64,000 nt of DNA, from positions 23,032,327-23,096,326 of the forward strand of contig JARFYF010000036.1 in the NCBI GenBank assembly GCA_030265395.1. The letters run 5' to 3'. The stretch comes from Rhina ancylostomus (Eukaryota). Made by a program: the position numbers and the translations under genes. Below, piece after piece: positions 11,901-23,900 of the stretch (position 1 is the stretch's first letter; the number at the start of each line of letters is the position of its first letter). The notes beneath the pieces are model-generated. The model was not told the DNA's origin, did no database searches, and saw nothing but the letters and a program-made list of their open reading frames with translations.

Positions 11901-14900
11901 AAATCCGTAATTTTGCTGTGTCTGTACAGATTTTGGAATTTTGCAATGATGTCCAAAGATACTGCTAGAATCAATAACTCTTGTCCCAAACAGCTGACAA
12001 GACAACTGGCCTGAATTTTGTATATTGTTGATATTTTTGATTATTTTAGTAGTTAAAGATTCATTGCAGCTCTTTTAATAACAATCATTCAAATGCATTC
12101 TGCCGATCACATAAACTGGCAATTGAGAGTAAAACCTATATTGTTTACCTAGTTTATTAGATTCAGCAAGGATGTACATGTGGCAATATGTATTCTATCA
12201 ATGACTCCCCTGTGCCCAAAGAATACTGCTGCTCTGTTAAATTGTTTTTTGTTGGTGAGTCATGTTCGTTGGCAAGGAAATTAGTTGTGCTATTCTTCAA
12301 AATCCATGCATCCATCACCTGCTTTACGCAGCAGTGAACTGCTGATTGACTAGTATGACACAGAGCTCTGATGTTGTCTGAACTAACTCAGTGGAAAAGA
12401 AATTGAGTGCTAGTATCATTTTGAATTGCTTTAGCATAGCTTAGAAAATAACTTTATTTCATGTAAGTAAATTCACATGACTTGTTCAGATTTCATGTTG
12501 GTATAACGTTTGGAGGAATCTAAAAGCATGAAGATAGTATTCAATTATTTTCAGGTCACGTTTAAATCCATATTCTCTATTGTTTCTATCTATAATGGTT
12601 GAATTGTTCTGTTTGAGAATTGTCCCCATTAACACCACTAAAAAGGAACCATGGTTGAAAAGTAGATCCATTCTGAATTATGGAAGACCTGATTTACAGA
12701 ATCTGACTTTATGCAAATTCTCTCAGAAATTTTTAAAGAATTTTTCAAAATAGCAGTCATAATAAAATGTTTTGTGATATTCATTAACACCTGGATGTAA
12801 TATATGTTCCATTAATTTAATTATGGGCAGCATTAGGGTAAATATTAGAAGATATTCGATGAAATGAAAGTGTATGCAGAGCAATACAATGTGGCTAGTT
12901 TATGGACAACTCTTGGAACAGAACCCTTACATAACCCAGGGACTGCCTATAATGCAGTATTGCTTGCTGTAACCAAACTATTTTATTGTAGGTCATTGGT
13001 TCAAGGAAGTATAGTCACCATTGTCTTCAATGTGAAGCTTCATTTGTATCTAAGTCCCAACTGGAAAAGCATAATCAATGGAAACATGAAGAAAGAACAC
13101 AGGCAACAGAAATGGATGGGAAAGTTGCAAAAACAGTTGGTCGAGGTAGAGGTAGAAAAAGGTATGTTGTTTTTGCATGGAATATAATGATATCATTTAT
13201 TTTGCATGAGGTTTTTAATGGGTTGGAATTTTTTTTGGGGGGAGTTGAATTTTTACTTTTTTTTGCAATTTCTATCCACAATTACAGCCTATTTTATATA
13301 TTTGCCAATGGAGACATCCATATTATCTACAGAACCATTTGAGTTAAAACCTTTGTTTATGATATACATTAATACAACTTGTGTTCTGAACTCCAATTTA
13401 ACATTAATTTTTAAATGAAGCTGTTGGTGTTTAATGCACTTAACAGAAGTGTACTTGTTATTTGGCATGTATGGAATATGTGATGTATTAATATCACTGT
13501 TTGGATAAAGATTAGATGTCAAAATACTTATAGTAAAATCCATAAAAACTGGAATAGTGAACTGCAATTTTATATATAGAGTTATCCAGTGTAAAATAGG
13601 ATATATCATTAGTGGCTGAAAGAGGGAGATTTTGATATTGAATGAATTTTCTTTGAAGTTAACAAAAAGTAAAAGTGAACTAATAAGCTTCCTATCCCTC
13701 CAGCATGTCAGGTATTTCTCCCCACTTATCAACACTTTCTCCCAAACTCTCAGCCCATCCACTAACTTGCAATTCCTCCAACTTTGCTTCCTGCTGCTGA
13801 CCAGCTTTTCAGCATTCATGGTGCTTTCCTGCTCCTTTGGTTGCAGGATCTCATCCTCTTCAGTGTTATCAATCATGACCTACTCTTACCCACTCTGGGT
13901 CCTGAAAAACCCTTCCTACCCGTCCTGTCCACCATCTTTCTCAATCTCTACCTTGTTTTCCTATTACATGCTTTACTTTCCTCTTCTTCCTCCTCCATTT
14001 CTGTCACTTTCTCTGCTTCTTCCCCATTCCAAAGGTATCAAGTAATATTTAAATTCTGTTCATCCTTTCTATCCCTCCCTTTCCCCCAATTCCCTCTCCA
14101 TTCACTCTCTGTCTGCCTCCCTCTCACTCACTCACTCACTCACTCACTCACAGCAACAAACACATACCTCTCTGTTTTCTTTATTGTTCCTACAATTCAT
14201 CCGTCATCCTCTTTTTTTTCCCCCCATCTACTGCCACGTTCCCTACTCTCTGGGTTCTCTACTTCGATTATCTTTCAAACTAACACTTCACTTCATCTTA
14301 ATGCCACTCGGAAAATTAGCACCTTATTTTTTGGTTACGAAAATGACATCTTATAAATGCTCAAATTGCCAGTAACTTTATTAATACTTTTACTATTTGC
14401 TGTCAAATAATATAAAAGATAAATATTTTTACCTACTTTTCAGGGTTACTGAAAGTGCAGAAACTTCACCAAAAAAGTGTAAGCAACAGAAGAGAGAATT
14501 AAGTAGGCTCTCTGAAAATGGCGATTGTGCAACACAGAACAGAAACAACAATTTAACAAACACTACAAAGACTCAAGAAACTCTGACATCCAATGAACTC
14601 AACAAAAGCAAGACACAGATATCATTTCCTGAAGNNNNNNNNNNAAACACAGTAAGCCTACAACAATTCAAGATAGTAGTCGTACATAAAGCTTTCATTA
14701 TACAAAATAGAAATGATTATATATCTAATACGCCACTGAAATAATGATAAAACATGAAGTAATGTGGGTTATTTCTCTGATGTTTTGAAAATAATTTATG
14801 ATTACCTCGTTTTGGGGCTTGAGGTGCATACTATCCATACTTCCAGATTGAACACAGCATATAAATTTGAGTGGTTGAGAAGGCAGCCAAGAACAGCAGC

Positions 14901-17900
14901 AGATGAGCTACAGAAAAGATAATGTTTGTGAGGTTCGAGTGTGTTTTAACTAAAGTTTAGTAAAGTTTGAAAGGCATTCCTTCACATTGGCTCTGCAAAT
15001 ATGTTCTGAATATAGCACTAAATGTTCTCGATAGCTCAATGACCTGTTACGTTACTTATAATGTCCAAGAATCTTGAGAGATGTGGGAATGGATTAATTC
15101 ATTTGAAGGAGCCATTGTTCAACTTTGTTTTAGGAAATCATCATATCAGTATTATTTTACTGTCTATTTCTCAGCTTTTCATATAAAATTCCAAAGTAAT
15201 TTCTGTTCAGATAGGGTGATGCAACAGTGCCCCCTAGTAGTGATGTTTTAGGTTGTTCAATGAGACATTAAGTCAGCCTTTGGGACTTTTGTGAATACAA
15301 ATTCTTCTTTTGTGTTGACAAAATAGAGTTTGTGTTGTCTTAATAAAATCACTTATTTTGGGAGATTAATTTTGCAATTCTTTAATGTTGAGCAGATCTG
15401 CATCAAATTATAGAAAAAATCCGTAAACCTTGTATATAACTGTAACTCCTTATAAACTCCAATATTTCTGATAATTTCTTGTATGATTAGATTGCTGCAA
15501 TTTTACCTGGAAGTGTCTTAGTGTTCTGTGACACATAGTCAAATAAATTAAGTTCAGTGAATCTAAGTAAACTTGCAACCTATATTTGAAAACTAAAAAT
15601 GGACTGGCAATGGATTAGAATATCCTAACTGTTGGTGTTTTTTATGTTTATAGTGACAAATTAAACTCAACTGGCTGTTTATGTTTGATATTTGGCCGAG
15701 CCATCCTTTTTTTGTTAACTGAGAACATACACCAAAAATGATTTTTAAATTTTGTATCTTGCGAGGAAGTACTGGTGGATCCGTAGCAATTGTGTGGAGT
15801 TGCTGATATTTCTCCTCATAATTGCCACTGGGTTTGAGATTCCTTTGGGAGTATGTATTTCCCACACTTGTGAGCCACACTTTGCCATTACTTTTCCCTG
15901 ACTGCAGTCTGAACCTGGAATCCAGTGAAGTGTAAACTTGCAGCAAATATTAGGAAATCTGCTTACTTAACCCAAGGCAGTGTAGGTGGTACAGGACAAG
16001 GGGTTCATTCATTTGACTTGAAAGAAAAGCTGTGAGAAAGTAATGTATTAGGCTATTTGCAATTTTTATAATTGACATTTTTGATAGTGTTGACGTTTTT
16101 TGAAGAATTTTTAGTGATATTAGTTGGATATTGTTTTTACATTTCTAATAATGTAATATTTTTCAATTGCTTCATTTATTTTTAATAGGTTCTGAATGTC
16201 AGACACTATATCTTTATAGTAAAGTGGTTTGCAAATAAGTCCAAGAATAGTGGACAAATGTGCCTTTATTATTATGCCTTTCATGATCTCCAGTTATCTC
16301 AAGGTGCCTCACAATAAAAGAGCCATAATTTGAAGTGCAATCATTCTTGTGATGTAGGCAAGTGTATTGGCCAAGTTGTGCACAGTAAGACCCCACAGCT
16401 TGATAATGGATCAATGAATGATCTATGTCTCTTCATTGAAGGTGCTTGAAAAGGAAATGTTCAAAAAGACAATGAGATGACTTCTAGCTTGCTTTTGAAT
16501 GATGGAACAAGATTGTTCATCTTGACTTAAGTTATAGATGGGGCCTTCATTTGATAAAGCATTTAAAAGAACAATACAGTGCATCAACCATCCTATGATG
16601 AATCGTCTGAGATTAAGTACTGTTGGATTGAACCCACAAGGGAAGAGCATGTAAATTCAATCAAGTTAGCACTAAAACTTTTAGTTGAAGCTGGAGCAGA
16701 ATCCAAAGTAAGGTAATATGAAATCCCAAGGAGGATAATATATGCAGATCTTGAGTTTGATGTTCAATATAATACACTGTTAAATATATAATGGTGAAAC
16801 AACAAACCTGGTTTAAATAACACTTAAGACTATGAACATTTTTGCAGTCAGACCTGTAATGACACTTAAAAAGAATTGGAGAGTATAGTCATACACACAC
16901 ATATAATTAATCTCAAGTAACTATCAAAATCTTGAAAGATGTTCCTCAATCGGATATGTAGATTCATATATTAAGCCCAACGTGTCCATGCTGACCAAGA
17001 TGACTATCTACGCTAATCCCATTTTCCTGCGTTTGGCCCATTATCCCGCTAAACCTTTTCTGTCCATGTACCCATCCAAGTGTTTTTTAAATGTTGTAAT
17101 TGTATCTGCTTCTACCATCTCCTCTGGCAGCTCATTCCATATACCCATAGTCCTCTGTGTGAAAAACTTGTCCCTCAGATCCACCTTTAAATCATTCCCC
17201 TCTCATCCTAAACTATGCCTTCTCATTTTAGACTCCCCAACCCTGGAAAAAGACTATGACTATCAACCCTATCTATGCACTTCATACATTTATAAACCTC
17301 TANNNNNNNNNNNNNNNNNNNNNNNNNNNNNNNNNNNNNNNNNNNNNNNNNNNNNNNNNNNNNNNNNNNNNNNNNNNNNNNNNNNNNNNNNNNNNNNNNN
17401 NNTTTATAAACCTCTACACGGTAAGCCCTTAGCTTCCTTCGCTCCAGGGAAAACAGTCCAGCCTATCCAATTTCTTCTTATGACTCAAGCCCTCCAGGTT
17501 CAGGCAACGTTCCTGCAAACCTTTTGCACACCTTTTCTAGCTTTTTCACATCGTTCCTATAGCATGGCAACCAGAACTGCACACAGTACTTCAACTGCAG
17601 CCTAACCAATGATTTGTACAACAGTAACATGATATCACAATTCCTATATTCAGTATCTCAAGCTGCTAAAGGCTAGCATACCATAAGCTTTCTTTACCAC
17701 TCTGTCTACCTGTGTCACCACTTTCAGGGAACTATGTGCCTGTACTCCAAGGTCTCGCTGTTCAATAACACTCCCCAGAGCCCTGCCATTCACTGTGTAT
17801 ATCCTGGCCTGGTTGGACTTCCCAAAATGCATCACTGCATTTGTCTGAGTTAAATTCCATCCTTCTTTCCCTTGCCCATGTTCCCAATTGATCTAGATCC

Positions 17901-20900
17901 TGTTGTAACCTTGGCCAACATTTTTCACTGCCCACTATACCATCAATCCTGGTGACATCTGCAAACTTACTAATCATGTCACCTATATTCTCTTCCAAAT
18001 CATTACTCTATAATAGTGAATAATTAAGGACCCAGCACCGCTCCCTGCGGCACACCACTGGTTATAGCCACTCTCTGTCTCTTACCACCGATTCAATGAT
18101 GTGGCCAATTTGCTGGATCCCACATATTCTAAACTTCTGGACCAGCTTATTATGTGGGACCTTGTTAAAGGCCTTGCTAAAGTCTGTGTAAATAATGTCC
18201 ACTGCCCATTCCTTGTCAATCCTCTTGATAACCTCCTCAAAGTAAACTCAATCAAATTTGTGAGACATGATCTTCCAGAACAATGCCGTACTGACAATCT
18301 TTAATCAGTTCTTGCCTTTCCAAGTGTAGATAAATCCTGTACCACCTAAGGACAGCTGTCCATCAGCATCTGTTCAGATTTACTTCAGAACGTAACAGGA
18401 GCAGAAGAAGCCCGCTCTGTCATTCAGTATGATCATGGCTGATCTGCCCCAGGCTTCGTCTCATCTTCTTTGCCAGTCCCTTAGCCCTTGATTTCCTGAT
18501 TTTTCAAAAATTTATCTACTTCCTCCTTAAATACCAATGGTCTAGCTACCATAACACTCTGGGATAGAGTATTCCAGAGATTCACAACCCTTGCAAGAAG
18601 ACACACTTCAATTTTTAAGTCACCCCTAATCAACTATGTCCCTTCCTTTTGCCAATTACTGCCATGTTCAAGTTGCATCATTCTTGACAAATCACTTGGG
18701 TACATAAAATGATATTTAACAGCTTCAGATGAGACTGTTAAACTAGTAGCAGCAATAAAGCCATTTTGCTCTGGGGAAAGATCAATATTGGTTTACTGAA
18801 AACTCAACTGCCTAGACTAAAAGTAGAGTAGAAATAGCATAGACATTTTTAGCACCTGCCATCCAATTCCCTTGTGACATTATCAGGGAACACTAAGATT
18901 TGTCAAATATTTTCACAACAGCCAGAATAAATCAATTAGAAACTGACCTGTCAGTATTAGATCATCCCTTTAGTGCTGGTGGATGATACTTCCTGCTGCT
19001 GAGCCTGAGATCAATTGTGCTAGATTAGTGCTGCATTAGCTAAACCGCTGTGTTTCAAAATCAAAGCAGCAGCAGCATCATATTAGTGAAGCAGATTGGT
19101 TGGCATTCAAAAGTGTCCACTCTGCATGTAAACTTCCACCATTTTAGAAGCAATTAGGCACCTGTGGAGCCCATGGTATGTGTTCTGTTGAGCTATCATA
19201 ACTAATCAATGTGGGAATCCAGTGGCACTCATTGTAGTAAACCAAATAGTAAAAAACTGCAGAAACAGTGTTAGAAAGCTGAACATTATTTTTCTAGCCT
19301 AAGTTTTGCTCAGTTCAATTAATTTTACTTCATCATCTTTCTTTCCAAAGTTTACACCACAGTTAGGCTCAGTTCCCTCTGCCCTTGTTGTTCACCAAGC
19401 CAGCAGCTTAAACTCAGATCTTCTCCCAATATTCTCTGCTGCCTATTAAACTGGTGTTTTCCCCCTTGAATGTGAATATCCTTCTCCCCTCAAATTAGTG
19501 AGACTATCCTGACATTATGAAACTGGATGTTTCAGGGAAACATAATTAACATTGATTGTCAAAATAACTGCTGTGGAAAGTGAGAAATTCTATTCCATAA
19601 AATTATTCCAAAGCTGAAAGCCCACAAAACCATTGATAATGTATTATGACTTTACCCAGTAAAGTCGATCAAGGATATTCTCACATGCTATGTTTTTGTC
19701 TGATAATACTTGACTGATACTTTTCAATCATTTGTTTGAGCTAGGAAGGAAACAAAAAACACCTAAGAAGTTTACAGGGGAGCAGCCATCCATATCTGGA
19801 ACTTTTGGATTGAAAGGTAAACCAACAAATCAACAGTAACTTTAAAAATATTGTAAATGACTCATGTTAAGGTTTGAGAATTAGGAAGGATAAATGGTAA
19901 TGATGTGTTGGACATCATTAGTGAGAACAGTTTTCATCATCAGTGAGAACAAAAGCTAATCAAATTTTGATTTGAGGGAGCTGAAAATCAAATTTTGGTT
20001 TGAGGGAGCTGAAAATGATCCACTATTCTGTATTTTGATATTTTGGAGCTTTTTGAGTTAATTTTCTTTCTTATTTTGAAAACTGATTTTTTTAACACTC
20101 TTTTCATCAAGTTAGAATCCCTTTGTGATTCCTTGATTTCTTTGTTGCTCTGTGACTTGGCAGATCTACTGAATTATGGCAGGGAGAGTTTAGCACTGTT
20201 TATTTTCCCCTACAGATGGGCGGGTAGATAGCCAACCTTGATTAGATGTTTATAAATGCAATGAAATAAATTATTTAATAAGTTTCATATCAGTACATGA
20301 CTCCATGAAATACATTCTAAACTGATTAATAAAATGTCTATATTTTTCAGTAGAAAATGTAGAGAAAAAAAAGCAGCCCTAAAAAATATCAGAGGGACTA
20401 ATTAAATATACTGTTGGATGAAGAGATTGATTTTCTGAAATAGTTTCATTAAACTCTCTGGATTTATCACTTCGTTAATTAAAGGCCTGTCAAAACAAGA
20501 TGACAAGGGAAGGGGAAGAGGCAAGAAGAAAAATAAAAGCTCATGCACTGAAGAACTTCAAAGGAAACCTTTGGGGGTTCACATAAAAAAAGAACCTGTC
20601 ACATATTTACCGGGTAAGATCAGGCTGAACATTTCAAAGTCTTATTTATAAGCCATTCTTAAATACTAAGGCACATTGTCCATCTGAAGTTTATAATTAC
20701 TTTTACAGTTTTAAAATATCTACTGATGGTATCCAATAAATAGTAGTTTTATTTTGTATTCTAATACCTTAATACCATGCACGATGATTAAATGTAATGT
20801 TTCTATAAAACCCACGGATGTGTTATTGTGTATCTTCTGTTGATTGTTTCACTGCAGGCAAAGATGACAGCATGCTGAAAATCATTGATTTAAAAAAATA

Positions 20901-23900
20901 AACATTTCTCTAGTAAGATAATATCATAAAAGTATATCTTAGCACAAGCTATTAAGGCTGAAATGTTTGTTGTCTTAAAATGTGGCTAATTTTCTGTACC
21001 ACAAACTTAGAGTCCATTATTCATCTGGGATGTGCATATCTCAGGCAAGACTAGCATCTATTATCCATTCTTAAATGCCTTTGAGAAGCAGGTGGTTTCT
21101 TTCTTGAGTTGCTTCAAGTAATGAAGGTGCTCCCTTAAGCCTTTTACAAAGGGTCTTACCGGATTTTGATCCTCTGTCTAAAATAATCACATGAATCTAT
21201 TATTTGGCAATAATCTAACAATTAAATATTCACAATAGTATGTAATTCAGATGATCTTTTCCTGCAGCAATAGTCCTTTGAGGGACTTTCTTGGCCCTGA
21301 CTCTTTTAATGTTCAATACTTGTTTTTGAGTAGCAGGTAGGACAATGACAATATAAAATGAGTGGCTGCAAATCAACTGGCAATTTGTCATCTGTCCCAA
21401 CATTTATTTCCATTTGCCCATCTTCTTAAGAGGCATAGATATATTGTTCATCACCCTTTTGTCTGGAAAGTCGGTCAGGGAGTATAGCAAAATATCCTGC
21501 TGGGTGAAAATGACATTGTCCCATTTTGTCGTTTTATGAATGGAAGAACGTTTCAGCAACTGCTTTGGAGAGCGATATTCAGGAAGCAGGATTCTTTTTT
21601 GTTATTAATGCTTGAGCAAATATTGTAGGCTACTGAAGAACCTGAGCAACAAATGGGTGGTGTTGTTATAAGTTTTCAGCTTGCACATTGAAGTTCTGCT
21701 TATTTTCCACTACTGATAGGGAGTTAGATAATCAACCTTGATTAGAAGTTTGTAAGTGTTCTGAAATAAATTATTTAAGTTTCATATCAGGACATGGCTC
21801 CACAAAATACATTCTAAACAGATTAATAAATTGTCTATATTTATTTTTGAATTGAAAATGTAGAAGAAAAAACAACTCTGAAAAGTTTCAGAGGGACTAA
21901 TTAAATATTGTGTTATAATGTATAATATAGTATATAATGTGTTCTGGAGTTAAGTTTAGGGCTGCAGCCAGAAATAGGCTTGGAATATTTCAACCCAATT
22001 TGCTGACCCATGAGTAAATCTATCCACTTCCAGAGTATAGTTTCTAATTGACTAGTCAGCAGCCTGCTTGAAATAAGAATCCAAGATTTTACTGTTGGGG
22101 ATATATAGCAACAAGCAAAGCCACAAGCAAATCCCCAGGTTCCCAAAGGCTTCTACAGAGACTGGCTAGAAAAGATCAGGATGATAAGGGATTGCCTTCA
22201 TCAGGCTTGTTTAGCCCCAGAGCTGCTTGTCACTGGCATGGCATGGGTCTGAAGCCATGATCAGTGCCTCGCACAGGCATCAGGTTAAAATTACATCAAC
22301 ATGGTGTCATCAGAACAATATCAAGGTATTAAAAGAATGATACCACTATCTATCAGTGTTGTTCACTTCGTCATATGAGTGGATTAAAGGGAGTTAATGA
22401 ACTTAAAAGTCTGGAAGTCTATTGTATTTTCAGGCAGTGTAGTTGCCTTTGTTCTGGTTTTAAAATACCATTAGTTCCCAATGTTCTGGTCCAGTTATTG
22501 TTATTTTGCCAGATCTTATGGCTGTGGATAGTTGTTTTAACTTGGGATGTGCAGTACTAACACCCATAATGGTCCGTTAATTAACCTGCTTTGAACACTT
22601 CAAAAACAGATGGTTAATCATGATTGTGGTGAAAACACTATGTTTAATGCTAGAATAAAATTCAAAATGCCTATTTTCTTTCATAAGGAACCCTTTGCTG
22701 GAGTAATAAGTAATTAATTACATTTATTCTTACAATACAAATATTCTGATCAGCTGAATTCAATAAGTAATGTAGAAGCAATGCTATATAATATTGAACA
22801 CTAGATATTATGGAAACAGATCTTTCATGTTGCTTTTAATGTTATACTCACACTGCTGATAATAGGAAGTCAGGAAGAAAAGTGGCATCAGGAAATTACA
22901 GAGAAAGGAGAGGTTATCTGTCCTAACTGCGTAACTGTGCACCGAAAGACTGTTGCAGGTTTGAAGAAGCACCTGGAAATATGCAAAGAGGTATGTCAGA
23001 CTTAATTCTTCTAATGATTAAAAATTCAGTACATACAATTTTCAGTTTTTAAGTTGGGTAGGTTATTTGAGATGTACTGATCTTAAGGTATATGCTACAT
23101 TCCTGGGTGAGACATAACCCTTCCCATGGTGCAGGTCTGCAAAATAAAAATATGCATTTATGAAGGAATTGCATCTGCCTTGAATTAAGCCAGGAGAAGA
23201 GAGGTAAGTCAAACATGGAAGCAGTCGAGCTCCCAGCCTCCAAATGTTCTTGTTCTGAACTTCGATTTGGAATGGAACAATTCCAAAATATCTTTTCCTA
23301 ATTGTGCAACCAAGGAATGAGCAAGCTTATTTTGCAGTTTCTGCAGTGAAGTCTTGCTTTCTATCCTTCACTCACAGAACATAGGACATTCTTCTCACAG
23401 CTACCACTGGGCAGCAGGTACAACCCTCAAGTCCCACACCACCAGGTTCAAGAACAGCTACTTCCCTTCAACCATTTGGTTCATGAACCAACCTGCACAA
23501 TCTTAATCACTACCTCAGTAAAGCAATACTATAACCACTTTGCACTACAATGGACTTTTTTTTGTTGTTCTCATTGTGTTCTTTCTTGTAAAGTTGTGTA
23601 TAACTTGTGTTTAATTTGTTTTATTTGAGAATGTTGTGTATCTGATGCTATGTACCTGTGATGCTGCTGCAAGTAAGTTTTTCATTGCACCTGCACGTAC
23701 ATGTGCTTGTGCATCTGACAATAAACTTGACTTTGACTTTGACCAGAACTAAAAACCACCCAGGAACAGGCCCTTTATCCCAACCTGTCTGCACCGGCCA
23801 GTCTAACTTACTACGTCTGCCTGCATGTGGTCCATATCTCTCTATTCACTGACTGTTCATGTGTCTATTTAAATATTGCTGTCATATCTGCTTCTATTAC

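Noticed and set aside
13289-14356. Long ORFs of 137-195 aa on both strands
   Set aside because: Low-complexity pyrimidine-rich intronic DNA; no domain similarity.
16982-17605. 207-aa ORF, the longest in the track
   Set aside because: Antisense reading of a CR1 3' end that runs through an N gap.
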